Below are positions 30,083 through 40,086 of a DNA stretch of 64,000 bases, piece after piece; the stretch's first letter is position 1, and each line of letters opens with the position of its first letter. This DNA is from an uncultured Erysipelotrichaceae bacterium. GTDB taxonomy: Bacteria > Bacillota_I > Bacilli_A > RF39 > UBA660. The notes below the pieces were generated by a model. It did not search any database and was not told the DNA's origin. It worked only from the letters and a program-made list of their open reading frames with translations. Location of the stretch: the NCBI GenBank assembly GCA_902800945.1, contig CADCFX010000002.1:682-64681 (forward strand). The letters run 5' to 3'. Both the position numbers and the translations under genes were made by a program.

Positions 30083-31798
30083 CTATTCCACTTCATATGA
30101 ATCAAAAATTTCACTTGCAACCTTTTCAATATCATCAACGTCAATAACATCTTCATCAACAGATATTGAATTAGAATCAAGAACCTTCTCTTCAATATAA
30201 GTATATTTTATTTTATTTTTAAGATTAATTCTATAGTTTTCAACCTCTTTTTTCCATAAATCATCATTTACTGCCGCAAAAAGCATTTTATTACCAGAAA
30301 AATCTTCAAAATATCTTTCAAGTTTTCCAATATCGAGATTTATCAAATTATTAGTACCTTCACTTTTACTCTGTATAAGAGCGTATTTTCCAGAAGAAGC
30401 TAGTACTGAGGAATCTGCCAATAAAGAAACCATATTACGATCAACACTCATCAAATGATTCATAAAATCTACCCAACTAGAAGAAAGCTTATTCTTTTCG
30501 TCCTTCGAAGCCTCAACAAAACAATTATTTATCCTAACAGAAACATCGAAATTAACCTCTTTAGATACTTCCTTAGGTGATACAGACGTACGCTTCACTT
30601 TTTTTGGCTTAATTTCTTCATCATCAGAATTATTTCCCAAATCTATTTTTTCTTCATTTGACGATATATTATCATTTCCCAAAAAACCCTTTTTATCACC
30701 CAAATTATTTCCCGGGAAATAATTTGGAACTGTTGATTGGCTGAGAGTACTTGTGGATAAGTGCCCCCTTGAGTCGCTGCTTACGTGCTTTAACAGAGTG
30801 ATTTCAATTAAGACATATGGATTTACACTAATATTTAAATGCCCTAAAAGATTATTAAGATTAATAATAATATCATATATATCTTCGTAATTATAATCAT
30901 AATCATTATTTCCCAGCTTTAAATCTATAGCTTTTTTTCGCAACTCCATTATAAGCTTTTCAACAAAAATACCATAATTAGTTCCTTGATTTTGTATTGC
31001 TTCAAGATCAGCCAATAACTCCTTTGTATTTCCCAAAAAAAGATTCTTTATAATACCTTCTATCCTTTTCGTAGATACACTCCCAAAATTGGCAGTAACA
31101 GTATCTGCAGTAATAACATTATTTCCCGATGCCAATTGATCTAAAATTCCCAATGCATCTCTCATTCCACCAGCAGAAATAAGTGCAATTTCTTCCAAAG
31201 CATCATCGTTAATATCAATTTTTTCCTCATTACTAATAAACCTCAGTCTATCAACTATTGAACTGGTATCTACGGGTTTAAAATCAAATCTTTGACATCT
31301 AGAAAGAATAGTAATAGGGACCTTCTGAATCTCAGTAGTTGCCAAGATAAATACTACATGACTCGGAGGCTCCTCAAGAGTCAATAACAATGCATTAAAG
31401 GCTCCAGGAGATAACATATGAACCTCATCAATAATATAAATCTTATATCTTAAACTAGCTGGAACTAGTTTAACGTTGTTGATAATTTCTCTTATATCCT
31501 CAACACTATTATTTGAAGCCGCATCTAACTCTATAACGTCTGGACTTTCACTAAAAGAAAGACACGAATTACAACAATTACACGGACTACCATCGACATT
31601 GTTTTCACAATTTAATGCCTTAGCAAAAACCTTTGCAGTACTAGTTTTACCCGTTCCTCTAGGACCAGTAAATATATAGGCATGAGAGGTTTTATTATTA
31701 ATAATAGCATTTTTCAACATTTCAACCGTGTACTGCTGCCCAACAATATTATTAAAATCTACCGGACGATACTTTCTATATAAAACTTTATAAGACAT
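30083..31798 (-). CDS. dnaX: DNA polymerase III subunit tau (DnaX)
   Basis: YRKYRP, GPRGTGKTS, the Zn module CENNVDGSPCNCCNSC, DEVHML, and SRCQRF. Confidence 0.95.
   Translation of the reverse strand: MSYKVLYRKYRPVDFNNIVGQQYTVEMLKNAIINNKTSHAYIFTGPRGTGKTSTAKVFAKALNCENNVDGSPCNCCNSCLSFSESPDVIELDAASNNSVEDIREIINNVKLVPASLRYKIYIIDEVHMLSPGAFNALLLTLEEPPSHVVFILATTEIQKVPITILSRCQRFDFKPVDTSSIVDRLRFISNEEKIDINDDALEEIALISAGGMRDALGILDQLASGNNVITADTVTANFGSVSTKRIEGIIKNLFLGNTKELLADLEAIQNQGTNYGIFVEKLIMELRKKAIDLKLGNNDYDYNYEDIYDIIINLNNLLGHLNISVNPYVLIEITLLKHVSSDSRGHLSTSTLSQSTVPNYFPGNNLGDKKGFLGNDNISSNEEKIDLGNNSDDEEIKPKKVKRTSVSPKEVSKEVNFDVSVRINNCFVEASKDEKNKLSSSWVDFMNHLMSVDRNMVSLLADSSVLASSGKYALIQSKSEGTNNLINLDIGKLERYFEDFSGNKMLFAAVNDDLWKKEVENYRINLKNKIKYTYIEEKVLDSNSISVDEDVIDVDDIEKVASEIFDSYEVE
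30700..30727. promoter_or_regulatory. Noc-binding-site (NBS) palindrome inside the dnaX coding sequence
   Basis: 28-bp perfect palindrome CCAAATTATTTCCCGGGAAATAATTTGG containing the NBS core ATTTCCCGGGAAAT. It encodes NYFPGNN in the tau linker. Confidence 0.65.
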
Positions 31799-31842
31799 AT
31801 TACCACCTACCGAGTGTTATTATACCATAAAAAAAGAGATTT

Positions 31843-32268
31843 TTATCTCTTATTCTTGAAGTATGTGGATAACTTATTTTTGTATTTCTCTTTATAAATT
31901 AAATAATCATTTTCTTCCAATAACTGTTTTTGTATCTTTGCAAAATTGTTAATTGAATTATTTCCCAAAAAATAATATACCTTATCTAATCTAGATTCCT
32001 TTATTATAGAGCTACACATATCACATGGCTCCAAATTAACAATCATGCTATAACCATCTAATCGCCAATCGCCAATTTTCTTCTCGGCTTTAATAATTGC
32101 ATTTATTTCCGCATGACCTAATACATTACACTTTTTTTGGCGATTATTACTGGCAGATGCAATTATATTATCATTATTATCAAAAATTACTGCTCCTACA
32201 GGTATTTCGTCGCCTTTTAAAGATCTATCTACCATCTTATCTAATTCATTTAGTATTTTTATATTCAT
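31843..32268 (-). CDS. tadA: tRNA-specific adenosine deaminase TadA
   Basis: HAEINAI and PCDMCSSII zinc-binding motifs. Confidence 0.9.
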   Translation of the reverse strand: MNIKILNELDKMVDRSLKGDEIPVGAVIFDNNDNIIASASNNRQKKCNVLGHAEINAIIKAEKKIGDWRLDGYSMIVNLEPCDMCSSIIKESRLDKVYYFLGNNSINNFAKIQKQLLEENDYLIYKEKYKNKLSTYFKNKR

Positions 32269-32284
32269 TTAATACAACTCCAAA

Positions 32285-32361
32285 AAAAAAGTGCACACAG
32301 CAAGAGGTTGATGTGGCTGCTACCTTCCGGTCCTGACCAGGTTACAACATTCCTGTTGCAC
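32285..32361 (-). ncRNA. ffs: signal recognition particle RNA, short 4.5S-type (no Alu domain)
   Basis: The minus strand reads GTGCAACAGG...AACCTGGTCAGGACCGGAAGGTAGCAGCCACA...CTTGCTGTGTGCAC followed by a U-run. It has the conserved SRP domain IV motif, a closing helix and its own promoter. Confidence 0.85.
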
Positions 32362-32367
32362 GAATAG

Positions 32368-32396
32368 ATAATATCAAATATAACTGTTTAAGTCAA
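32368..32396 (-). promoter_or_regulatory. promoter of the SRP RNA gene
   Basis: On the minus strand, TTGACT, a 17-nt spacer and TATTAT, lying 6 nt before the first G of the closing helix. Confidence 0.65.
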
Positions 32397-32408
32397 TTGT
32401 TTTTACTA

Positions 32409-32426
32409 ATGTTCCACGTGGAACAT
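32409..32426. promoter_or_regulatory. parS site 1
   Basis: ATGTTCCACGTGGAACAT. The palindrome extends perfectly to 30 bp (32403-32432). Confidence 0.85.
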
Positions 32427-32454
32427 TAGTAATATTTTTTAGTTATTAACATTT

Positions 32455-32472
32455 ATGTTCCACGTGGAACAT
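32455..32472. promoter_or_regulatory. parS site 2
   Basis: ATGTTCCACGTGGAACAT, centred 46 bp from site 1. Confidence 0.85.
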
Positions 32473-32500
32473 TACCTTTCTTTTTATCATATTTTCCCCA

Positions 32501-32518
32501 ATGTTCCACGTGGAACAT
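32501..32518. promoter_or_regulatory. parS site 3
   Basis: ATGTTCCACGTGGAACAT, centred 46 bp from site 2. Confidence 0.85.
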
Positions 32519-32535
32519 ATCAACACCCTCACACA

Positions 32536-32553
32536 ATGTTCCACGTGGAACAT
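32536..32553. promoter_or_regulatory. parS site 4
   Basis: ATGTTCCACGTGGAACAT (22-bp palindrome including flanks), centred 35 bp from site 3. Confidence 0.85.
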
Positions 32554-32571
32554 TGCCGTTCATCCCAATAA

Positions 32572-32600
32572 ATATAGGGGTTCTTTTCGAATCCCTATAT
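32572..32600 (-). terminator. hairpin downstream of gyrA (weak terminator)
   Basis: ATATAGGG / CCCTATAT 8-bp stem with a 13-nt loop. The flanks are U-rich but there is no clean U-run. Confidence 0.35.
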
Positions 32601-32613
32601 TTTATTAACAACC

Positions 32614-35088
32614 TTATTCAGATGTTTTTTCATCATTTTCACTTGTTTCTTCAATTGGATTTTCATCATTACTATCTTTTTCTCTATCTACTAAACTAAC
32701 TGTAGCTATTACATTATTTTCTTTCAATTTCATCAATCTTGTTCCCTGAGTAACTCTTCCCAACGATGATATTTGATCTGTAGACATTCTCATCACCATT
32801 CCGACATCTGTTATTAATACCAAGTCAGTATCTGGTCTATAAATCTTAAATGAAGCAATATCACCATTCTTATCGCTAATGCTCATCGCTTTAACGCCTT
32901 TGCTACCTCGCTTCGTTTGCCTATATTCACTAACTTTTGTTTTTTTACCATAACCATTCTTAGTAACCATAATTATGTCACTATCTTCATTGGCAATTTC
33001 AGCTCCGATACAAGCCGCATCTACTAATTCAATACCTTTAACACCTGCAGCTGTTCTTCCCATTACTCTAACTTCTTGTTCATTAAACTTACACATTCTA
33101 CCATTAGATGATCCCAAAAGAACTAGATCATTGCCAGATGTCATTTTAACTGAAATTAGTTCATCATTTTCCTTAAGAGTAATACAAATTTTACCACTTT
33201 GTCTAATATTTTCAAATTCCTTAATTGAAGTTCTCTTAACTAATCCTGATTTTGTTACAAATATAAGATTATTATTATCTGTAACACTATCTCTATGAAT
33301 CTTAATAATAGAATTTACCATTTCTTCTTTTTCTATTTGTAACAGATTAATAATTGGTAAACCCTTAGATTGTCGACTGTACTCTGGTATTTCATACCCT
33401 CTTAGTCTATACACTTTACCCTTGTTAGTAAAGAATAAAACATCATCATGTGTTTCAATATTTATCATTTGTTCAACAAAATCTTCATCATTTGTTGTCA
33501 TCCCTTTAATACCTACTCCACCTCTATTTTGAGCCTTAAATGTATCAGAAGTTGTTCTCTTAATATAACCTTTATTTGTTAACGCTATAATTACATCTTC
33601 ATTTGGAATTAATGATTCATCCTCAATATAATCAATGGCTGTCATATCAATATGAGTTCGTCTTTCATCGGCGAACTTACGTTTGATTTCCAACATCTCG
33701 TCCTTAATAATATTCATTATCTTTTCATTACTTGCTAAAATACCTCTCAACTCGTCAATTGTCTTATGTAATTCAGCCAGAGTATTCTCTACTTCTTCTC
33801 TAGCTAAACCAGTTAGCCTTCTAAGTCTCATATCAAGTATAGCTTGAGATTGAATATCATCTAAGCCAAATCTTTCCATCAACCCAGCCTTAGCTTCAGC
33901 ATCATTTTTAGCCGCTCTGATGAGTTTTATTATCTCATCAATATTATCTAGTGCAATCTTCAATCCCTCATAAATATGAGCTTGTTTTTCAGCTTCAGCG
34001 AGATCATATTTTGTCCTTCTTATAATAACCTCTCTCTGATGCTCAATATATTTAACCAATATATCTTTTAGACCTAAAGTTTTAGGAACACCTTGATCAA
34101 TCATTAACAGAATAATTCCATAATTAACCTGAAAATCAGTATGCTTATATAACTTGTTCAAAACAACCTGTGCATTAGCATCCTTTTTTAAAGTAATAGT
34201 AATCTTAATACCATTTTTCATATCAGAATGATAATCAGAAATACCTTCTATTACTTTATTATGAACTAAATCAGCAACCTTGTTCTTTAAATCTAAAGTA
34301 TTAACACCATATGGAACTTCATCTATTACTATATAATTTCTACCATTTCTTTCCTCAATAGTAGCCTTACTTCTAATAGTAATAGAACCTCTACCAGTCT
34401 CATAAGCCTTCCTAATACCACTATTTCCCAAAATTAACGCCCCTGTTGGGAAATCAGGACCCGGTAAAACCTTCATCAACTCATCCAAAGTAATATCGGG
34501 GTTGTCAATAACTGCCACACAAGCATCTATTGTCTCACCTAAATTATGTGGAGGAATATTAGTTGCCATACCAACAGCTATTCCCATTGTACCATTCACT
34601 AATATATTAGGAAATCTAGATGGTAAAACAGTTGGTTCCTTTTCAGTTGCATCAAAGTTATCAATCATATCAACAGTATCTTTTCTAATATCCCTTAATA
34701 ACTCTAAAGATATCTTAGATAATCTTGATTCAGTATAACGCATTGCTGCAGCTCCATCACCATCTATATTACCAAAATTTCCATGCCCATCAACAAGCAT
34801 ATGTCTATAACTAAACCATTGTGCCATCCTTACCATCGCTTCATATATAGAAGAATCCCCATGGGGATGGAATTTACCCATTACATCACCAACGATTTTA
34901 GCTGATTTAACATGTGGCTTATCAGGAGTAAAAGAAGATCCATACATTGACCATAAAATTCTTCTATGTACAGGTTTTAAACCATCTCTCAAATCAGGCA
35001 AAGCCCGTGAAGTGATAACACTCATTGAATAATCTAAAAACGAATTTCTAATCTCTTCAACAATATTATTATGTTCTACTCTATCCAT
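32614..35088 (-). CDS. gyrA: DNA gyrase subunit A
   Basis: 824 aa with [16 protein letters not shown] (active-site Tyr region) and C-terminal beta-pinwheel repeats. Confidence 0.97.
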   Translation of the reverse strand: MDRVEHNNIVEEIRNSFLDYSMSVITSRALPDLRDGLKPVHRRILWSMYGSSFTPDKPHVKSAKIVGDVMGKFHPHGDSSIYEAMVRMAQWFSYRHMLVDGHGNFGNIDGDGAAAMRYTESRLSKISLELLRDIRKDTVDMIDNFDATEKEPTVLPSRFPNILVNGTMGIAVGMATNIPPHNLGETIDACVAVIDNPDITLDELMKVLPGPDFPTGALILGNSGIRKAYETGRGSITIRSKATIEERNGRNYIVIDEVPYGVNTLDLKNKVADLVHNKVIEGISDYHSDMKNGIKITITLKKDANAQVVLNKLYKHTDFQVNYGIILLMIDQGVPKTLGLKDILVKYIEHQREVIIRRTKYDLAEAEKQAHIYEGLKIALDNIDEIIKLIRAAKNDAEAKAGLMERFGLDDIQSQAILDMRLRRLTGLAREEVENTLAELHKTIDELRGILASNEKIMNIIKDEMLEIKRKFADERRTHIDMTAIDYIEDESLIPNEDVIIALTNKGYIKRTTSDTFKAQNRGGVGIKGMTTNDEDFVEQMINIETHDDVLFFTNKGKVYRLRGYEIPEYSRQSKGLPIINLLQIEKEEMVNSIIKIHRDSVTDNNNLIFVTKSGLVKRTSIKEFENIRQSGKICITLKENDELISVKMTSGNDLVLLGSSNGRMCKFNEQEVRVMGRTAAGVKGIELVDAACIGAEIANEDSDIIMVTKNGYGKKTKVSEYRQTKRGSKGVKAMSISDKNGDIASFKIYRPDTDLVLITDVGMVMRMSTDQISSLGRVTQGTRLMKLKENNVIATVSLVDREKDSNDENPIEETSENDEKTSE

Positions 35089-35101
35089 ATTTATTCACCC
35101 C

Positions 35102-37015
35102 CTAAATATCTAAATTCTTAACGAATTGTGCGTTACTTTCTATAAATTTTCTTCTTTCTTCAACATTATCTCCCATTAATTCTGAGAACACCTGATCAGC
35201 CAGTCTCGCATCTTCAACAGTTATCTGTTTTAATACCCTTTTCTCAATATCCATAGTCGTTTCATTTAGTTCTTCAGCATCCATTTCTCCTAAACCTTTC
35301 ATACGAGCAATTTCAAATTTAACATTTTTTTCCGTTAACATTGCTACATATTCATCTCTTTCTGCTTCCGTTAAAACATATTTCCTATTCTTACCATGTG
35401 TAATTCTAAATAACGGAGGTTGGGCCGCAAAAACATGTCCAGCTTCAACAATAGGTCTAAAGAATCTATAGAATAAAGTTAATAATAGCACTCTAATATG
35501 GGCCCCATCAACATCAGCATCGGTCATTATAATTATCTTATCATATCTTAATTTCTCTAGATTAAACTCATCGCCTATACCAGTTCCAAAAGCAGTGATA
35601 ATAGATTTAATTTCGTTATTACCCAAAGCTTTATCTAACCTTGCCTTTTCTACATTAAGAATTTTTCCTCTTAAAGGAAGAATAGCTTGTGTCATAGAAT
35701 TTCTACCCTCTTTGGCAGAACCACCGGCTGAATCTCCCTCGACAATAAATATTTCACATTCAGAAGGATCTTTTGAAGAACAATCTGTCAATTTACCATA
35801 GAAATTCGAAACATCCAAATCTTTTTTTCTAACAGTTTCTCTAGCCTTTTTAGCTGCTAACCTAGCATAAGAGGCTTGAATAGTCTTTTCAATAATAATT
35901 CTAGCTTCCTGAGGATTTTCCATTAAAAACCTTTCTAGCCCCTCACTAAATACATCATCAGCTATCTTTCTAACTTCAGCGTTACCTAATTTAGTCTTGG
36001 TTTGCCCTTCAAATTGTGGATCAGGGTGTTTACAACTGATAATCATAGTTAAACCTTCTCTAACATCATCACCAGTTAAAGCATCATCCTTTTCCTTTAA
36101 TAATTTATTATTTCTAGCATAATTATTTATAATACGAGTTAAAGCTCTTTTAACCCCATCCTCATGAGTTCCTCCCTCATAAGTACTAATATTATTGGTA
36201 AAAGAATATAACTGACTACTATATTCAGTACTATATTGAAAAGCAACTTCTAAAGAAATACCATTTTCTTGGCCATCAACATATACTACATCATTATGTA
36301 AAACATTTTTATTCTTATTCAACTTCTCAACAAACTCGATAATACCTCCATTGTATAAGAACTCACTTTTTTTCTCATTTTCTCTTAAATCAGTTAAAGT
36401 AATTTTTAACCCCTTATTAAGAAATGCTAATTCTTCCAATCTATTAGCTAACGTATCATAATTATATACAGTAGTTTCCTTAAAGATTTCAGGATCTGCC
36501 TTAAAAGATACGGTAGTCCCAGTTCTATCAGGAGAACAATCGTCAATTATTTCAAGTTTTCCAACAGGATGTCCACCATTTTCAAACCTTTGAAAATAAA
36601 CATGCCCTTCCCTATACACTCTAACTTCTAGCCAAGTAGACAAAGCATTAACTACAGAAGCACCTACTCCATGTAAACCTCCGGATACTTTGTATCCACC
36701 TCCGCCAAATTTTCCACCAGCATGAAGAACTGTAAAAATTGTTTCTATTGTGGATAACCCTGTCTTTTGATTAATACCTGTTGGCATACCTCTACCATCA
36801 TCTTTAACTGTAATAACATTATTTTTCTCTATTACTACTTCAATATCATCACAAAAACCAGCTAATGCTTCATCTACTGAATTATCAACTATTTCCCAAA
36901 CAAGATGATGTAGCCCTCTTTCTGAAGTTGTACCTATATACATACCAGGCCTTTTCCTAACAGCTTCTAATCCTTCTAAAACCTGAATATCACTATCGTT
37001 ATACTCTTCCTTCAT
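35102..37015 (-). CDS. gyrB: DNA gyrase subunit B
   Basis: 637 aa with the GHKL ATPase [13 protein letters not shown], the Toprim EGDSAGG, and [10 protein letters not shown]. Confidence 0.97.
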   Translation of the reverse strand: MKEEYNDSDIQVLEGLEAVRKRPGMYIGTTSERGLHHLVWEIVDNSVDEALAGFCDDIEVVIEKNNVITVKDDGRGMPTGINQKTGLSTIETIFTVLHAGGKFGGGGYKVSGGLHGVGASVVNALSTWLEVRVYREGHVYFQRFENGGHPVGKLEIIDDCSPDRTGTTVSFKADPEIFKETTVYNYDTLANRLEELAFLNKGLKITLTDLRENEKKSEFLYNGGIIEFVEKLNKNKNVLHNDVVYVDGQENGISLEVAFQYSTEYSSQLYSFTNNISTYEGGTHEDGVKRALTRIINNYARNNKLLKEKDDALTGDDVREGLTMIISCKHPDPQFEGQTKTKLGNAEVRKIADDVFSEGLERFLMENPQEARIIIEKTIQASYARLAAKKARETVRKKDLDVSNFYGKLTDCSSKDPSECEIFIVEGDSAGGSAKEGRNSMTQAILPLRGKILNVEKARLDKALGNNEIKSIITAFGTGIGDEFNLEKLRYDKIIIMTDADVDGAHIRVLLLTLFYRFFRPIVEAGHVFAAQPPLFRITHGKNRKYVLTEAERDEYVAMLTEKNVKFEIARMKGLGEMDAEELNETTMDIEKRVLKQITVEDARLADQVFSELMGDNVEERRKFIESNAQFVKNLDI

Positions 37016-38105
37016 AATTATTAACCTCCCTTATAATCCCTTTAGATATTTTAATTAGTTTACTTTTATCAACAATCTGTTGTTTAATTTTATCAATCTC
37101 CGTTGTTGTAATAAAAGTTTGAACATCATCATCAATAAGATTTAAAATATTATCAATTTTAGACCTATCTAGCTCACTAAACAAGTCATCCAATATAAAT
37201 ATCGGATAAGTACCTTTTATCTTCTTAAAGATGTTTAAAACAGCAAATTTATATGCTATAACCGCATTCTTTTGTTGCCCTTCAGATCCATAATCCTTAA
37301 TACTTTTATCATTAATCTTAAAAACAATATCATCATGATGTATTCCTATATTAGTCTTACCAAACATAATATCTTTTTCTTGTATCTCTTTATACCTGTC
37401 GATAAGCTCTTCTCTATTTAATCCATCATAATCACTTTTAAAAATAATACTTAGTCCATCAGAACCTGTAATACTCTTATATACATCTTTAATAATATCA
37501 TTAACCATATATACAAAATCTTTTCTAGACTCATATATAACCTTTCCTAAATCTACTAACTTACTAGTAAGAACATCTAAATAATTAGCCGACTTATTCC
37601 CATTATAATACATAGTTTTTAAATACATATTTCTCTGCTTTAAAACCTTATTATAATTATTAAGATTCTTTAAATAAGAATTATCAATCTGCGAAATATC
37701 CAAATTCAAGTTTTTTCGCCTAGTATTAGGAGTATCTTTTATAATTTTTAAATCATCTGGATTAAATAAAACAATATTAATTTTTGAAATATAATCACTT
37801 AATTTATGAATACTATTATTATTAATCATTACATTCTTTCCATTTTGTTTTATTACTATTTTATAATCATCAAGATATTCATTTTCAATTCTACCTTCTA
37901 TCTTAGTAAAATCCTTATTGTTCATAATTAATACTTTATCAACAGTCCCTCTAAAAGACTTAGTTAAAGCAAGAACATAAATACCTTCTATGAGATTAGT
38001 TTTTCCTTCTCCATTATTTCCATATATTATGTTATAATTACCAAAGTCAATATCCAATCTTTCATATGTTCTAAAATTTAATAACTTCAAATGGTGTATT
38101 TTCAT
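36999..38105 (-). CDS. recF: DNA replication and repair protein RecF
   Basis: [10 protein letters not shown], Walker [11 protein letters not shown], the SEGQQK signature, and [11 protein letters not shown]. Confidence 0.9.
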   Translation of the reverse strand: MKIHHLKLLNFRTYERLDIDFGNYNIIYGNNGEGKTNLIEGIYVLALTKSFRGTVDKVLIMNNKDFTKIEGRIENEYLDDYKIVIKQNGKNVMINNNSIHKLSDYISKINIVLFNPDDLKIIKDTPNTRRKNLNLDISQIDNSYLKNLNNYNKVLKQRNMYLKTMYYNGNKSANYLDVLTSKLVDLGKVIYESRKDFVYMVNDIIKDVYKSITGSDGLSIIFKSDYDGLNREELIDRYKEIQEKDIMFGKTNIGIHHDDIVFKINDKSIKDYGSEGQQKNAVIAYKFAVLNIFKKIKGTYPIFILDDLFSELDRSKIDNILNLIDDDVQTFITTTEIDKIKQQIVDKSKLIKISKGIIREVNNYEGRV

Positions 38106-38182
38106 AAATTACCTCTTTTTTAACCCATATTTTAAAAAAAAGTATACAGTAGTACTCCCATACCTACTGATAATTATATCAC

Positions 38183-38209
38183 AAAAAAAGCTATTTTAAT
38201 AGCTTTTTT
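38183..38209 (-). terminator. bidirectional hairpin terminator after comK
   Basis: AAAAAAAGCTATTTTAATAGCTTTTTT, a stem flanked by an A-run and a T-run. Confidence 0.55.
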
Positions 38210-38221
38210 ACTTTTACACCA

Positions 38222-38680
38222 CTACTTTTCGGCGTTTTTTCTCACATCTAATGTATCTTTTAATCTTGAACATCTATATAATTGATTATCTATTATAGCC
38301 GTAGAAGCATTAATAACTACTTTCTTTCCATTTTTAAACTCTATTATAGCCTTATCTTTAAACTTATCTGGTCTATAAACATGTTTATAAGACACCCAAC
38401 TACATTTTTCATTTTTTGGTGATAAAGTAGGAAAAAATATAATATCTCTTGATTCTTCAACTATAATTGGAACTTTATGAGTATAACCAACAAGTTTTAA
38501 AGTTCCACTTTGTCTTCCTTCAAACGAACTACCAAAGTATTCACAACTCTCTTCCATTATTCTAAGTGGTGTTTCATTAACTATAAAAGAGTCATCAACC
38601 TCATATACAATAGTTTTATCATCATCTTTAGGAACGAGTGCTATAGTATCATTATTGATCTCATAAGACTCCAAAACCAA
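38222..38680 (-). CDS. comK: competence transcription factor ComK family protein
   Basis: LESYEINNDTIALVP, CEYFGSSFEGRQSGT, HKVPIIVEESRDIIFFPTLSP and CSWVSYKHV align closely by eye with B. subtilis ComK. TTG start; the exact start is uncertain. Confidence 0.85.
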   Translation of the reverse strand: MVLESYEINNDTIALVPKDDDKTIVYEVDDSFIVNETPLRIMEESCEYFGSSFEGRQSGTLKLVGYTHKVPIIVEESRDIIFFPTLSPKNEKCSWVSYKHVYRPDKFKDKAIIEFKNGKKVVINASTAIIDNQLYRCSRLKDTLDVRKNAEK

Positions 38681-38822
38681 TCCCCCCTCTCTTTAAAATT
38701 TAATCCCTTATACTACTAATAATTGTTCCTATTTGTCGAATTTTGTATAAATAAGCAAAAAAAAAGAAAAATATTTAATTTTTCTTATAATATATTGTTA
38801 ATAAGTACAATACTATCCACAA

Positions 38823-39944
38823 TTAATATGTTTTAATAGGTAATATTAATTGAATTAAAGATTCGTCAGTAACTGATTTAATAACAATTGGTTTAACCTC
38901 TCCATTTAAAAGAATCAATATATCATCATCTTTCATAGTTTTTAAAGCATCCAACATATATTTAGCACTAAAAGATATATCTATATTAGCATCGTTACTA
39001 GTTTCAATATCCAATTTTTCTTCAACTTTACCTATTTCTGAAGCATAAGAATTAATAACCATCTGATTATCTTTAACCTTCATTTTTACTATATTTTTAT
39101 CTTTACCCTGTGTCAATAAAGCTGCCCTATCAATAGCACTAAAATAATCACTTAACTTAGTATTAATAATAATTGAAAAATCAGTAGGAATTAGATTAGT
39201 AGTATTAGGATAAGTACCTGATAACAAATTACTTTGAAATATATAGTTCTTATATTTAAATAATATCTTATTACTAAAAACATGCATTTCAACAGGTTCA
39301 TCATCTACTATTATTTTATCTAACTCTATTATATTTTTACCAGGAATAACTATATTTATATCTTCTTCTGAAGGCATATCTAAACTTACAACTTTCTTAG
39401 CTAAACGATAAGAATCAGTCGCAATACATTCAAATACATCACCAACAATTTTAAAATTCAATCCTGTTAATAATGGTCGTAATTCCTGGGTTGAAATAGC
39501 AAATGAAGTTTGACCAATAATTCCTTTAAACAATTCCCCTTTTATAATTATTGGTTTATCCTTTTCTTCTAATTTTAAACTAGGATATTCTTTAGGATCT
39601 AAACAATTTAAATCATACTGACTATTATCAGACGATATTCTAATCTTTAATCCATCCATCAATTCAAAATTAACTAAATCTGATGGAAGTTTTCTTAGAA
39701 TATCAAGAATAAACTTACTTTGTATTATTATAGACCCAGTACTATCTACTTTATTAATAGATTCATTGGGAATAAAACTCCTTATCGTAAGTTCAGAATC
39801 ACTCGCTGTTAAATAAAGTCCATCATCTTCCAACTCAAACTTAATACCATTTAATATTGGAATTATATTTTTAGCTGATATGGCTTTAACTACATTAGCT
39901 AAGTTTTCTACTATTATATTTTTTTCTATTGTAAATTTCATCAT
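38823..39944 (-). CDS. dnaN: DNA polymerase III beta sliding clamp
   Basis: 373 aa with MKFTIEKN..L, three-domain clamp length, and position after dnaA. Confidence 0.95.
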   Translation of the reverse strand: MMKFTIEKNIIVENLANVVKAISAKNIIPILNGIKFELEDDGLYLTASDSELTIRSFIPNESINKVDSTGSIIIQSKFILDILRKLPSDLVNFELMDGLKIRISSDNSQYDLNCLDPKEYPSLKLEEKDKPIIIKGELFKGIIGQTSFAISTQELRPLLTGLNFKIVGDVFECIATDSYRLAKKVVSLDMPSEEDINIVIPGKNIIELDKIIVDDEPVEMHVFSNKILFKYKNYIFQSNLLSGTYPNTTNLIPTDFSIIINTKLSDYFSAIDRAALLTQGKDKNIVKMKVKDNQMVINSYASEIGKVEEKLDIETSNDANIDISFSAKYMLDALKTMKDDDILILLNGEVKPIVIKSVTDESLIQLILPIKTY

Positions 39945-40086
39945 ATCTCTTCTTTCTTTTTATTATTTTTTATAATTATTATTAATATTATATAGTTAAT
40001 AATGTTAATAACTTTTCTTTCCGTCTAAATAACTAAGCTTATAAGAATTTATTGCTGTTGATAAAGTGTTAATTATTAACAGCTAT
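39945..40086. other. dnaA-dnaN spacer: AT-rich tract and one near-consensus DnaA box (possible second oriC module/DUE)
   Basis: The stretch 39951-40020 is almost pure A/T. TGTTGATAA at 40056-40064 has 1 mismatch to TGTGGATAA. This would match the bipartite Bacillus-type oriC organisation. Confidence 0.4.

Noticed and set aside
30667-30727. Possible programmed -1 frameshift in dnaX giving a gamma-like product. The zero-frame AAA AAG (30694-30689) lies just 3' of the 28-nt palindrome. The -1 frame stops after 5 codons, at about 66 percent of tau length, similar to E. coli gamma.
   Set aside because: The heptamer is U AAA AAG rather than A AAA AAG. The hairpin lies upstream, not downstream, of the slip site. 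The SD-like GGGUGA is too close to stimulate a -1 shift. A-rich slippery-looking heptamers are common in a genome this AT-rich, and the palindrome is better explained as a Noc-binding site. It would be worth revisiting only if proteomics shows a truncated DnaX.
32097-32336. 79-aa plus-strand ORF.
   Set aside because: It is antisense to tadA and runs into the SRP RNA gene. It has no RBS and is low-complexity.
32403-32553. The four regularly spaced 18-bp repeats might have been a mini CRISPR array.
   Set aside because: The repeat is a perfect palindrome of only 18 bp, and the spacers are 17-28 bp. There are no cas genes or leader. The sequence matches the parS consensus exactly.
38681-38692. 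The G6 tract in the comK RBS/start region (AGAGGGGGGATTG) as a phase-variation switch.
   Set aside because: Six residues is short for slipped-strand switching. G6 and C6 tracts elsewhere in the window are simply Gly-Gly codons.
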